Shown here: piece by piece, positions 52,030 through 61,526 of the stretch
Layout: each line of letters opens with the position of its first letter
Position numbering within the stretch: position 1 is the stretch's first letter
Assembly (NCBI GenBank): GCA_040753085.1
Contig: JBFMHI010000001.1
Coordinates: 1 to 63,286 of the forward strand
From: a bacterium
GTDB taxonomy: Bacteria > UBA9089 > JASEGY01
Length of the DNA stretch: 63,286 nt
Direction of reading: 5' to 3'
Notes under the pieces: model-generated
What the model was told of the DNA's origin: nothing
The model's input: only the letters and a program-made list of their open reading frames with translations
The model's database searches: none
Made by a program: the position numbers and the translations under genes

Positions 52030-52122
52030 CTAACTATTCAGCCACTAAGGCACTAAGGCACAAAGTAAAAGAATAATTCTTATAATCTTCGTGTCTTAGT
52101 GTCTTTGTGGCTGAATAGCTAC
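52030..52122. mobile_element. MITE, family A short variant
   Basis: Termini are CTAACTATTCAGCCAC and GTGGCTGAATAGCTAC. The TSD AAAAATAA lies at 52022-52029 and 52123-52130. Confidence 0.85.
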
Positions 52123-52211
52123 AAAAATAATTCCTGATAATCGGTGAAATCTTGGGTAATCGGTGAAATGGGTGGTCTTCTTTTGGTATGGCTAAGTAAT
52201 TACTGAAATTC

Positions 52212-52419
52212 GTAACTACTCAAAACTAAGTTAAGCAGTTAGTTGGGAGACAAAGCAAAATTCCCTCTCCCTTGATGGGAGAGGGATAGGGTGAGGGTGA
52301 AATGGGAGGGAGGGGAAGCTCTTATGCCGACGCTGTCAGGACAAAAGGAGATGAAACTTAACCCATAGCACTATAATCTGTAATGAGCTTACTTTTTTAA
52401 CTTGATTTTGAGTAGATAC
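52212..52419. mobile_element. MITE with GTAACTACTCAAAA termini
   Basis: The 24-nt arms are GTAACTACTCAAAACTAAGTTAAG and CTTAACTTGATTTTGAGTAGATAC. The TSD TGAAATTC lies at 52204-52211 and 52420-52427. The interior holds a GGGAGAGGG/GGTGAGGG-type hairpin. Confidence 0.85.
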
Positions 52420-52437
52420 TGAAATTCTAACCTAACA

Positions 52438-53727
52438 TTGGATAGGAGGAGCAAAAAACTGAAACAACAGACTATTGCCAGAGAGGTAACTTACGCTGGA
52501 ATTGGACTCCATACAGGGAACAAGATCAATCTTACCTTTAAACCGGCTCCGGTAGATACAGGGATTGTCTTTGTCAGGAGGGATTTACCCGGCAAGCCAA
52601 AGGTTAAAGCCAGTCTGGAAAATGTGGCCAGCAGTACCCGGGAGATATCGCTCAAAATAGACGGCGTGGAAGTCAGGACAGTAGAACATGTCCTTTCTGC
52701 CCTGAGCGGACTCGGGATCGATAACTGTGAAATTGAACTGGACGGCCCTGAGCCGCCAGTCGGAGACGGAAGCTCTCTTTTTTTAGTTGATCTCCTTACC
52801 GGGAGCCCAATTTTAACTCAAGAAAAATCTCGCTCTATACTTAGACCTAAAAAACCTGTCTGGGTGGTGGATGGAGACAGGGAAATCACCCTTTTACCGG
52901 ATGAAGCTTTAACTATTACTTGCATGATAGACTTTGCCCATCCGGCGGTTGGGTCTCAGTTAGCCTCCTTCACCCTGGCTCCTGACATATTTATTAATGA
53001 AATCGCTCCAGCCAGGACCTTTGGTTTTTTAGAGGAAGTAGAGACCCTGAAACAGCAAGGGTTAGCCCAGGGTGGGAGCCTAGAAAATGCTATTGTCATT
53101 GGGCCGGAGAGAATCTTAAATGATTCCCTTCGTTTTGATAACGAACTTGTCCGCCATAAGATTCTCGATCTTATTGGAGACCTCTCCCTTTTGGGCGCTC
53201 CTTTTAGTGGTCGTCTGACGGCTATTAAGCCGGGGCACAGCCTGAATGTTAAGTTAGCTAAAAAAATCGCCCAAGAAACAAAGATTGTCCCCCTGACCGG
53301 TGAACTGGATATGGCGGCTATTCAAGAGATACTGCCTCACCGGTACCCTTTTCTTTTGGTGGATAGAATTATAGAACTGGAGCCAGAAGCCCGGGTAGTG
53401 GGAATAAAGAATGTAAGTATGAATGAGGAATTTTTTCAGGGACACTTTCCGGGACATCCTATTATGCCCGGGGTATTGATGGTGGAAGCCCTGGCTCAAA
53501 CCTGCGGGGTTTTACTCCTTTCCAAGGTTGAAAACAGAGGCAAGATGGTCTATTTTACCGGAATAGATAAGGTTAGATTTAGACGCCCTGTTTTACCAGG
53601 AGATCAACTCAGACTGGAAGGAAAACCAATCAAGATCAGACAGCGAACGGGTAAGATGTTGGGCCGGGCATACGTGGGGGATAATCTGGTAACTGAAGCG
53701 GAATTAATGTTTTCTATTGCCGAATGA
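52438..53727 (+). CDS. lpxC/fabZ: bifunctional UDP-3-O-acyl-GlcNAc deacetylase / 3-hydroxyacyl-ACP dehydratase
   Basis: N-terminal GIGLHTG...TVEHVLSAL...[10 protein letters not shown] (LpxC). C-terminal [13 protein letters not shown]...FFQGHFP..PIMPGVL (FabZ). TTG start. Confidence 0.9.
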   Translation: MDRRSKKLKQQTIAREVTYAGIGLHTGNKINLTFKPAPVDTGIVFVRRDLPGKPKVKASLENVASSTREISLKIDGVEVRTVEHVLSALSGLGIDNCEIELDGPEPPVGDGSSLFLVDLLTGSPILTQEKSRSILRPKKPVWVVDGDREITLLPDEALTITCMIDFAHPAVGSQLASFTLAPDIFINEIAPARTFGFLEEVETLKQQGLAQGGSLENAIVIGPERILNDSLRFDNELVRHKILDLIGDLSLLGAPFSGRLTAIKPGHSLNVKLAKKIAQETKIVPLTGELDMAAIQEILPHRYPFLLVDRIIELEPEARVVGIKNVSMNEEFFQGHFPGHPIMPGVLMVEALAQTCGVLLLSKVENRGKMVYFTGIDKVRFRRPVLPGDQLRLEGKPIKIRQRTGKMLGRAYVGDNLVTEAELMFSIAE

Positions 53728-53740
53728 GGAGAAAATTTCC

Positions 53741-54577
53741 ATGAAGATTCATCCCACGGCCATCGTTCATCCCAGGGCTGAACTGGGATCAGAAGTGGAA
53801 ATCAGTCCTATGGCCCAGATAGGTGAACACGTCACCCTGGGGGATCGGACCCGGATAGGGCCTGGCGCCATCATTACCGGTTGGACCTCGATTGGTTCTG
53901 ATTGTGAAATTCATCCCGGCGCTATTATCGGCCATGATCCCCAGATAAAAGGATGCAAGGTAAAGCGGTCCTATACGGAGATTGGGAACGGCAATGTCAT
54001 CCGGGAATATGTGACTATTCATCGGGCGGGGAACGAAGAAGGCGTCACCAGAATCGGTAACCAAAACTTTATTATGGGCAACGTCCATATTGCCCATAAT
54101 TGCGAGATTGGAAATGAAGTTATTATCACCAATTATGCCGGTTTGACCGGACACGTTGAGGTGGGAGACCGGGCCTTCATTTCCGGTCTGGCCGCCATTC
54201 ATCAGTTTGTCAGGATTGGAGAGCTGGCTATGATTGGTGGGAGCTCCAAGGTGGTCCAGGACGTGCCGCCTTATTTTCTGGTGGACGGACATCCGGCCAC
54301 CGCTTGCGGCTTGAATACGGTCGGACTGAAAAGAGCCGGCTTCCCTCTTCCCCTCAGAAACCATCTCAAAAAGGCCTACCGCCTCCTTTATCGCTCTAAC
54401 CTCCTTATTTCGGCAGCCCTCTCCCAGATAGAGGAAGAGTTAGGGGAGTGCCCGGAAGTCAATCGGTTAGTGACCTTTATTCGGGCTTCAAAACGGGGGA
54501 TATGTAAAGACAGAAGTCAGAAGTCAGAACACAGAATACAGACAATCTGTGATCCATTATCTGGCTCTGACATCTGA
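53741..54577 (+). CDS. lpxA: acyl-ACP--UDP-GlcNAc O-acyltransferase
   Basis: MKIHPTAIVHP, hexapeptide repeats, GLNTVGLKRAGF. AGGAGA is upstream. The C-terminal ~20 aa are repeat-derived (CAGAAGTCAGAAGTCAGAAC). Confidence 0.88.
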   Translation: MKIHPTAIVHPRAELGSEVEISPMAQIGEHVTLGDRTRIGPGAIITGWTSIGSDCEIHPGAIIGHDPQIKGCKVKRSYTEIGNGNVIREYVTIHRAGNEEGVTRIGNQNFIMGNVHIAHNCEIGNEVIITNYAGLTGHVEVGDRAFISGLAAIHQFVRIGELAMIGGSSKVVQDVPPYFLVDGHPATACGLNTVGLKRAGFPLPLRNHLKKAYRLLYRSNLLISAALSQIEEELGECPEVNRLVTFIRASKRGICKDRSQKSEHRIQTICDPLSGSDI

Positions 54578-54588
54578 TTGAAAAGGAG

Positions 54589-55575
54589 ATGATTAGCTTG
54601 AAACCTGCTAAAGTAGGCGTTATCGGAACAGGGCATATGGGGACTTATCATGTCCGAACCCTGAGCGAAATCCCTAATGTAGAATTAACCGGAGTAACAG
54701 ACATTGATTACCATCGGGCAGAAACAATAGCCAACCAGTACGGAACTACGGCTTATCGTGATCATAAGGAGCTTTTTGATAAGGTTGAGGGAGTAAGCAT
54801 TGCTGTTCCAACCGGGCTCCATTACCAGGTGGCCAAAGATTGTCTGGAGGCGGGCCTCCATGTCCTTCTGGAAAAGCCTATGACCCAAAACCTGGAGGAG
54901 GCCAAAGAATTATTTGATCTGGCTGCCTCAAAACAAAGAATTTTGCAAATAGGACATATAGAACGATTTAATGCCGCGGTCCAGGAACTCAAGAATATCG
55001 TGCGGAATCCTATCTTCATTGAGTGTCGGCGACTCGGCCCTTATTCCTCCAACGGCCGGATAAAGGATAGCGGGGTGGTTCTGGACCTGCTTATTCACGA
55101 TATCGATATCGTTCTCAGCCTGGTTAACTCAAGGCTTGAACGAATAAACGCCGCCGGCGCTTCAGTCTATTCCAACGGACATGAGGACGTGGTCAATGTT
55201 CAGTTAATCTTTGCCAACGGCTGTATAGGCAACCTCACGGCCTCCAGAATAACTGAAAATAAGATCCGCACCTTATCCATTACCCAGCCTGACGCTTATA
55301 TCTACCTGGATTATGCTGATCAGGATCTGCATATCCACCGTCAAGCCGCCTCAAAATACATCCTCAGCCGCGAAGTGATGCGATATAAACAAGAGTCCTT
55401 TATCGAAAGACTCTTTGTCCATAAGGATAATCCCCTCAAATTGGAGCTGATTCATTTTATTAATTGTTTTGCTAATGGAGGGCGATCGAGGGTTTCCCCT
55501 GAGGAAGAACTAAATTCCCTGGGTGTTACCCTGAAGGTGTTGGATCTAATTAAGGAGGGTAAGGGAAAGTTATGA
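54589..55575 (+). CDS. Gfo/Idh/MocA-family NAD-dependent oxidoreductase (GnnA-like by context)
   Basis: [10 protein letters not shown] Rossmann start and LLEKPM. Its position after lpxA suggests UDP-GlcNAc 3-dehydrogenase, which is inference only. Confidence 0.65.
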   Translation: MISLKPAKVGVIGTGHMGTYHVRTLSEIPNVELTGVTDIDYHRAETIANQYGTTAYRDHKELFDKVEGVSIAVPTGLHYQVAKDCLEAGLHVLLEKPMTQNLEEAKELFDLAASKQRILQIGHIERFNAAVQELKNIVRNPIFIECRRLGPYSSNGRIKDSGVVLDLLIHDIDIVLSLVNSRLERINAAGASVYSNGHEDVVNVQLIFANGCIGNLTASRITENKIRTLSITQPDAYIYLDYADQDLHIHRQAASKYILSREVMRYKQESFIERLFVHKDNPLKLELIHFINCFANGGRSRVSPEEELNSLGVTLKVLDLIKEGKGKL

Positions 55576-56117
55576 GGCGGGAAGTGATGAATGCCAGGGA
55601 AATAAAAAGGGCTCTTACCAGAATGTCTCTGGAGATAATGGAAAGAAACGGTGATGTGAGCGATTTAGTCGTGGTGGGCATTATAACCAGAGGGGTTTCC
55701 CTGGCGGTCAGGCTATCTAAACTGATGGCCGCCGAAGAAGGGATAGAAGTTAAGATAGGTTCATTGGATATCACCCTCTATCGTGATGATTTAAACCTCC
55801 AGGGGAGGGATAGAATCCCCCCCGGCGAGCTGGTTTCCAAGACAGATATCCCCTTTGATGTTAACGACAAAGTGGTTATCCTGGTAGATGATATTTTATA
55901 TACCGGCCGCACCACCAGGGCTGCCCTGGGACAATTGATGGATTTTGGACGGCCCAGGTCGATACAACTGGCCATATTAGTTGATCGAGGTCACCGGGAA
56001 TTGCCTATCAGACCCGATTACGTGGGGAAAAATATCTCTACCTTACGGGAAGAAAAAGTTAAGGTTCAACTAACCGAGGTAGACGAGGTTGATCAGGATC
56101 GAGTCATTGTGATATAG
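55572..56117 (+). CDS. pyrR: PyrR bifunctional pyrimidine regulator / uracil phosphoribosyltransferase
   Basis: [10 protein letters not shown] and [18 protein letters not shown] (PRPP motif), plus the expected size. Confidence 0.85.
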   Translation: MRREVMNAREIKRALTRMSLEIMERNGDVSDLVVVGIITRGVSLAVRLSKLMAAEEGIEVKIGSLDITLYRDDLNLQGRDRIPPGELVSKTDIPFDVNDKVVILVDDILYTGRTTRAALGQLMDFGRPRSIQLAILVDRGHRELPIRPDYVGKNISTLREEKVKVQLTEVDEVDQDRVIVI

Positions 56118-56288
56118 TAGACAGTAGTGTACCATCACATTTGATTTGATAGGTTGGTCTCTTGTAGAAGCAATCCCCCTCACCCTACCCTCTCCCCTCA
56201 GGGGAGAGGATTAAGGTGAGGGGTAAAAGAGGCTCTACCCACAATACTAACTTGATAAGGCAGTAGTTAACAGTGATACTGACTACTT

Positions 56289-57386
56289 ATGAAAGCCATT
56301 CTTGCCCTTGAAAACGGAGCCGTGTTTGAAGGAGAATCTTTTGGCGCTGACGGTGAAGCTTACGGTGAAGTCGTCTTCAACACAAGCATGATGGGGTATC
56401 AGGAGATACTGACCGACCCCTCCTATCGAGGGCAGATAGTCACTATGACCTATCCCCTCATTGGAAATTACGGCATCAATGAGGAAGATTCTGAATCAAG
56501 CAGACCGTTTTTAAGCGGATTTGTCGTTCGGGAATATACCCCTTGTCCCAGCAATTGGCGGGCATCTAAGTCACTGGCTCAATATCTGAAAGAAGAGGGA
56601 ATTGTAGCTATCCAGGGGGTAGATACCAGGGCCTTAACCAGGATGCTCCGAACCGGCGGGGTAAAGAAGGGGATTATCTCGACGGAGGATCTTAGTCCTG
56701 ATTCTCTTATTAAGAAGGCCATAGATTCTCCTTCTTTAATCGGCCGGGATCTGGTCCGGGAAGTAACTACCAATAAGGTTTACACCATTCCACCCCCTCC
56801 CTCCCAGGCACCGCCCCCCAAGATAGCCGTTTATGACTTTGGGGTTAAAAAAAATATCTTAAGAAAACTTTACCAACATGGGGCCCAATTAGTAGTGGTT
56901 CCTGCGGCCACCCCCGCCGATGAAATCCTGAGATTTGAACCGGATGGAATTGTGCTTTCCAACGGTCCCGGGGACCCGGCTGGAGTGGGCTATGCCATTG
57001 AAAACGTCCGCTTGCTCCTGGGCAAGAAACCCATTTTGGGCATCTGCCTCGGCCATCAGATCCTAGGGCTGGCTATGGGCGGAAAAACCTACAAGCTCAA
57101 ATTCGGCCACCGGGGGGGAAATCAACCGGTGAAGGATTTAATCACCGGTCGGGTGGAAATTACGGCTCAAAACCACGGGTTCTGTGTTGACCTAAAATCC
57201 CTTCCCCGGGACAAGGTTTTCATCTCTCATATAAACCTTAATGATCATACGGTGGAAGGGATGACTAATTCCGAAGAGAGGGTTATTTCCGTTCAATATC
57301 ATCCTGAAGCTTCTCCCGGACCTCACGATGCTAACTACCTATTTGGAAGATATATGGAGATGGTGAGAGGAGAAATGAGTCGATGA
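56289..57386 (+). CDS. carA: carbamoyl-phosphate synthase small (glutaminase) subunit
   Basis: [16 protein letters not shown]...[17 protein letters not shown]...GICLGHQ...QYHPEA. Confidence 0.9.
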   Translation: MKAILALENGAVFEGESFGADGEAYGEVVFNTSMMGYQEILTDPSYRGQIVTMTYPLIGNYGINEEDSESSRPFLSGFVVREYTPCPSNWRASKSLAQYLKEEGIVAIQGVDTRALTRMLRTGGVKKGIISTEDLSPDSLIKKAIDSPSLIGRDLVREVTTNKVYTIPPPPSQAPPPKIAVYDFGVKKNILRKLYQHGAQLVVVPAATPADEILRFEPDGIVLSNGPGDPAGVGYAIENVRLLLGKKPILGICLGHQILGLAMGGKTYKLKFGHRGGNQPVKDLITGRVEITAQNHGFCVDLKSLPRDKVFISHINLNDHTVEGMTNSEERVISVQYHPEASPGPHDANYLFGRYMEMVRGEMSR

Positions 57387-57838
57387 AAATAGGTAATATA
57401 TTGGAGACAGACCTTATCTTCCTTGATTTTGAGTCCCGTAATAAAGAAGTGGCCTTAGAGGATATGGTAGGGCGAATAAACAAAAAGGTTAGAGATACTA
57501 AAGAGGTGCTTGAGGCCATCAACCGGAGAGAAAAATTGGGGACCACGGCCGTAGGTGATGGGGTCGCTCTTCCTCATTGTCGCACCTCAGCCATAAAGAA
57601 GATATTAGCGGCCTTTTTCAGGTCAACCGCCGGTATTGATTTTGAAGCGGAAGACGGTGAGCCTGTTCATCTCATCTTTCTTATATTAGCTCCCGACGAG
57701 GAATGGGAGTCTTACCTTGAGGTTCTGGCCCAGATAGCCCGCCTTTGCAAGGAGGAAAAGAATAGAAACGCCCTCCTGAAAGCAAATAATCCAGGGGAAG
57801 TTATAAAATTCATTAAGGGTGTTTCAGAGGGCATTTGA
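57383..57838 (+). CDS. second PTS EIIA-Ntr-like protein
   Basis: [15 protein letters not shown] active-site block. The start overlaps the carA stop (ATGA). Confidence 0.75.
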   Translation: MKIGNILETDLIFLDFESRNKEVALEDMVGRINKKVRDTKEVLEAINRREKLGTTAVGDGVALPHCRTSAIKKILAAFFRSTAGIDFEAEDGEPVHLIFLILAPDEEWESYLEVLAQIARLCKEEKNRNALLKANNPGEVIKFIKGVSEGI

Positions 57839-57951
57839 GGCTCTGTCTCAGTTTCGGGTTTCGGGTTTGGGGTTTCGGGTTTTGGGTTGTAAGTGGCAGA
57901 TTATTCCGAGCCTCGATTTCGGATGTCTGATATTTTTGACTTTTTGGTCGG

Positions 57952-58660
57952 GTAGAGGTCAGGGGCCTTTCAGCCCCATTCCCCCCTAAGAACTGTACAT
58001 GTAAGTTTCCCCACATACAGCTCAAGCATCTCAAAGACGGCCCTTGTGGGACCCGCCCGACTGTGATTCTTCCTAAGTAAACTGGGCGCGAAATTCGCGT
58101 GCCGATAATGCCGGCAGTAGTTTGCTTTCCCTTTTGTTCCTTCACAGCCTTTGCGATACGCATTTACAGCCTTCTGACTTCCCGTTGAGCTTACTTCCAC
58201 TTAATGGAATTCCACTTCTCAGAGTCATCTGTGAGTGCACCAGCCTTTTGAGCCGTCATTTGCTTCCTCTTCTTCAAGGGTTCTCCAAATTCTCTCGCAA
58301 TGAGACACCAGTTGGACGTCAGCACGCTCTTTCACCAGTCGCCGAAAGCTTGCCAGTTTTGGCGTTGAGCCATATTTCATGCCCTATCTTTTGGCTTTCC
58401 CAAAAGCATTCGCTTCTTCCAACCTCTCCCTCCCGTCTCTCCATGGGCGTGCCTTGCGGGTTTCACTTGCCTGGCCTTGCACCAGGCAAAGGACGGGGTT
58501 ACTACGTTCCTCACAGTTGATCCTTTGGATGACTTAGGTGCGTCCTCTACGCCGATGGTTCTACAGTTCCGTGCAGGCAGTTAGAAAACCTGGCGCTCCA
58601 CCAGACGGCTATTCCGCTGCGCTCCATAGCCGCCGGTGAACTTGGTCGTTAAACATACGG
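57952..58660 (-). mobile_element. degenerate ORF-less group II intron remnant (domains IV-VI clear, 5' boundary unresolved)
   Basis: On the minus strand: domain V at 57990-58023; a D6-like helix with a bulged A ending ...CUCUAC near 57952; IEP remnants W.SIKWK*AQREVRRL*MRIAKAVKEQKGKQ with in-frame stops, joined directly to C-terminal-like LEPY-type sequence. Confidence 0.6.
57990..58023 (-). ncRNA. group II intron domain V
   Basis: The minus-strand read GAGCTGTATGTGGGGAAACTTACATGTACAGTTC matches the 34-nt D5 pattern: AGC triad, GAAA tetraloop, two-nt bulge. Confidence 0.75.
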
Positions 58661-58959
58661 AAGATAGACATACGGAAGATAGAAATCCGCCACAGTGAAA
58701 AATAAACGACAGGTGTTGGTTATCCAATGTTATCTACCATTATGGAATTAAGGATAAAGAAAGATGAAGAAGTTAAAAATATACAAAGTGCAAAAGTATA
58801 GGTGTTTAGTAATTCCGCAATTTTGACGGACTATTGGAGACCCCTGGGTCAATTTTTAATTGCCATTGACATATAGTCATATCAACTGCCCCAGTAAAGA
58901 CGCAAGTTTTTGCATCTCTACTCATTATACAACGGCATCATCTTCTTGCCAAATCTTTT

Positions 58960-59249
58960 CGACCTGTGAAATAGGCTTAAATAAAATGCAAGAAACTTCC
59001 CATAGACATAGATATTCAAGCTCTACTACTACTAAAAACAGGTCGCTCCTACGGAGCTGCAAATATATTGCTTTTGCGAAATACTACAAACAGATTGCTC
59101 CTAACGGAGCTTTATTCAGGTTAGCTCCAGAGGAGCGACATGTTTGTAGAATATATCTCTCATAACAAATTAGCTCCATAGGAGCGATCTGTTTATTCTC
59201 TTTCTTACCCTAATTGGGGGATATTTGTATAAACCTATTTCACAGGTCG
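58960..59249. mobile_element. MITE, family C
   Basis: The perfect 16-bp TIR is CGACCTGTGAAATAGG (58960-58975) and CCTATTTCACAGGTCG (59234-59249). The TSD AATCTTTT lies at 58952-58959 and 59250-59257. The interior holds four GCTCC-N3-4-GGAGC hairpins, two in each orientation. Confidence 0.85.
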
Positions 59250-59282
59250 AATCTTTTTTAGCCTCCATTTGGAATTGTTGTC

Positions 59283-59311
59283 TTGACAATCAGGGGGAGA
59301 TGTGTTATACT
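59283..59311 (+). promoter_or_regulatory. sigma70-type promoter TTGACA-N17-TATACT
   Basis: TTGACA at 59283-59288 and TATACT at 59306-59311, 40 nt upstream of the ATPase start. Confidence 0.5.
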
Positions 59312-59351
59312 TACAGGTATAATCTAAATAAGATAATCTAAGGAGGATAAT

Positions 59352-60680
59352 ATGGAAAACCCTTTCCGATATGGGGATATCGTCCGGGGAGATTATTTTA
59401 CTGACAGAGAAAAAGAGATTAAAGAGATCTGTCAGGACATGAGAAGCAGTCAAAATATCGTAACTACTCAGCCACCACATATTGATTTTGAAGCTTACAG
59501 AACACAATATATTGTGGTTCGTCTCCTTTTATAGGTTGCATAGAAAGCCGTTTTTTAGGAATTTTAGCTAACTTTTAAACACCTAAACACAATATGTTGT
59601 GGTTTCGCTAGGTAAGGCTACTATATAGAGGCTGAGTAGTTACAAAATATCTTCTTCTATTCACCCCGAAAATATGGCAAGACTTCCTTGATCACAAAAG
59701 TCCTTGGCCTTCTCCAGGCAGAAGGTCTCTTTACTATCTACCTGGACCTTTATCAGGTTCCCTCCAAAAAGGTCTGGCTGGAATTGTATGCTAAGGCTAT
59801 CTCTAAAGGGGTGGCAGGAAGGATCGAGGGGATAAAAAGATTCATAAAAGAATATCTACCCGGTTTTATTCCAAAGATTATCATTAAGGGGGAGGATAGC
59901 CCTGATATAGAATTTGAGTATGTTTCTTCCCGAAAGGGAATCGAAAGATATCTAATGGATGTTTACGACCTTCCCCAGAAAGTGGCTGAAAAGAAGGGAC
60001 GAAAAGGGGTCGTGGTCATGGATGAATTTCAGGAGATAAGAAATCTGGATGGTGAAGAAATGGAGAAGCAGATAAGATCCATAATTCAACACCACGATAA
60101 AATCTCATACGTCTTTGTGGGAAGCAAGAAAGGGATGTTATTGGACATCTTTACTAACAGAAAAAAGCCGCTTTATAATATTGGCAAGATGTTGACCCTT
60201 AAAAAGATTCCCGCAGAAAATATGGCCGAATTCATCAGAAATAGATTCAACCACACCCAACATTCAATAACTGAAGAAGTAATAGAAGAAATATTATCAC
60301 TCACTGAGAACCACCCTTATTTCACCCAGATGCTCTGTCACGAAATATGGGACCTTCTTTTTCCTGGTCAGGATGTTCAATCCAAAGATATCAAAGAAGC
60401 TATTAACCAAATCCTTTCTAACCAGTCAGAGCTTTATTTTATCATCTGGGATAGCCTCTCCCCTCACCAGAAGAACCTGCTTTTTGCCTTGACTAAAACC
60501 AGAAGCAGCAGGATATACTCAGCAGATTTCATTAATAATCACAGCCTGGGAAGCACTTCCATGATCCAAAAATCGATTAGGGCATTGCTTAATAAAGAGG
60601 TGATCGAGAAAAACGAGGGGATTTACGAAATACAGGATGTCTTCTTCCGGCAGTGGCTTCAAACAAGAATGCTGCCTTAA
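59352..60680 (+). pseudogene. AAA-type ATPase (archaeal-ATPase/DUF234-like) split by a MITE
   Basis: Removing 59460-59651 joins ...DMRSSQNI to FFYSPRKYGKTSLITKVL..., restoring the frame and a Walker A motif. A Walker B-like VVVMDEFQE lies downstream. Confidence 0.8.
59460..59643. mobile_element. MITE, family A, inserted in the ATPase gene
   Basis: Termini are GTAACTACTCAGCC and GGCTGAGTAGTTAC. The TSD AAAATATC lies at 59452-59459 and 59644-59651. Confidence 0.9.
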
Positions 60681-60879
60681 AGGTATCGTAAACGGAGAGC
60701 TCTCTTCTCTCACTTCTCAACTCTCAACCCTCAGCGCTCAACTCTTACCTGGAAGGTTTTAGGCGCTCCTCATTCAGTTAATGCGCCAGAACTAACCGCC
60801 TTCAGCCTACCGTCTAAACAAGGTGAGCAATTAGGATTAATGTATCATAGCAATAGTAGATTAAAGTAAAAATTGGCTG

Positions 60880-60908
60880 TTGATTTATAGTAGAAAATGT
60901 GGTATAAT
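60880..60908 (+). promoter_or_regulatory. sigma70-type promoter TTGATT-N17-TATAAT (TG-extended)
   Basis: TTGATT at 60880-60885 and TGgTATAAT at 60900-60908. Confidence 0.45.
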
Positions 60909-61028
60909 ATAATAGTAGTAATCCGAAGAAAAAGTCCAAGTCGATGCTCGAGCATCGAGTATCAAGTATCCTTGTGGTTGGCGGAACGGTTACAGGCGAC
61001 CGGCTAGGCCGGAACGAAAGGTGAAAAA

Positions 61029-61379
61029 ATGAGGCCGGATATATTGAAGGAATCCGAAGGAAAAGTAGTAGACGAGTTCAAAAACTTCTTACTTTCACAC
61101 TACCCGAATAGAATTGAGTTGATTGAACTTTTTGGCTCAAAAGCCAGAGGGGATAGCGATGAAGACTCGGACGTTGACCTTCTGGTTGTAGTTGATAAAG
61201 AGGATCGGGAATTTGATGATCAGATATGTGAGTTAATGAGTGAGCTTTGCCTTAAATATAACATTTTGATTTCACCAGTGATCTTTGAAAAGGAGGAGTT
61301 TGAATTGTATAAGAGAGTTGAAGCTTCAATTATTCTCAATATTGAAAAAGAGGGTATTGTGTTATGGGAAATGAGCTGA
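61029..61379 (+). CDS. nucleotidyltransferase-domain protein
   Basis: LFGSKARGDSDEDSDVDLLVVV motif. Confidence 0.75.
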   Translation: MRPDILKESEGKVVDEFKNFLLSHYPNRIELIELFGSKARGDSDEDSDVDLLVVVDKEDREFDDQICELMSELCLKYNILISPVIFEKEEFELYKRVEASIILNIEKEGIVLWEMS

Positions 61380-61480
61380 AAAAAGTCCTGGATGATTTAA
61401 TCTTGAAAGCGAAGAAAAGAATAGCCGCTGGTTGGTTAATGACAGAAAAAGACTTTTTTGCCGCAGGTTCCAAACGGTAG
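61364..61480 (+). pseudogene. truncated HEPN-partner remnant (38 aa)
   Basis: Hand translation gives MGNELKKVLDDLILKAKKRIAAGWLMTEKDFFAAGSKR*. It overlaps the NTase stop as intact HEPN partners do, but retains only a first-helix-like segment. Confidence 0.4.
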
Positions 61481-61526
61481 TGTCAAGAGATGACAATGCT
61501 TGGAGTTGGAGGAGGATACCTTTAAA

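Noticed and set aside
57813-58520. ORFs 57813..58163(-), 57970..58200(-) and 58122..58520(+) considered as protein-coding genes.
   Set aside because: They cover the group II intron remnant. The minus-strand ones are fragments of a decayed intron-encoded protein and a translation of domains V/VI. The plus-strand one is antisense to the ribozyme.
58960-59249. The four GCTCC...GGAGC units considered as a mini-CRISPR array.
   Set aside because: The units occur in both orientations with irregular ~30-55 nt spacing, inside an element bounded by a 16-bp TIR and an 8-bp TSD. That is MITE architecture, not CRISPR.
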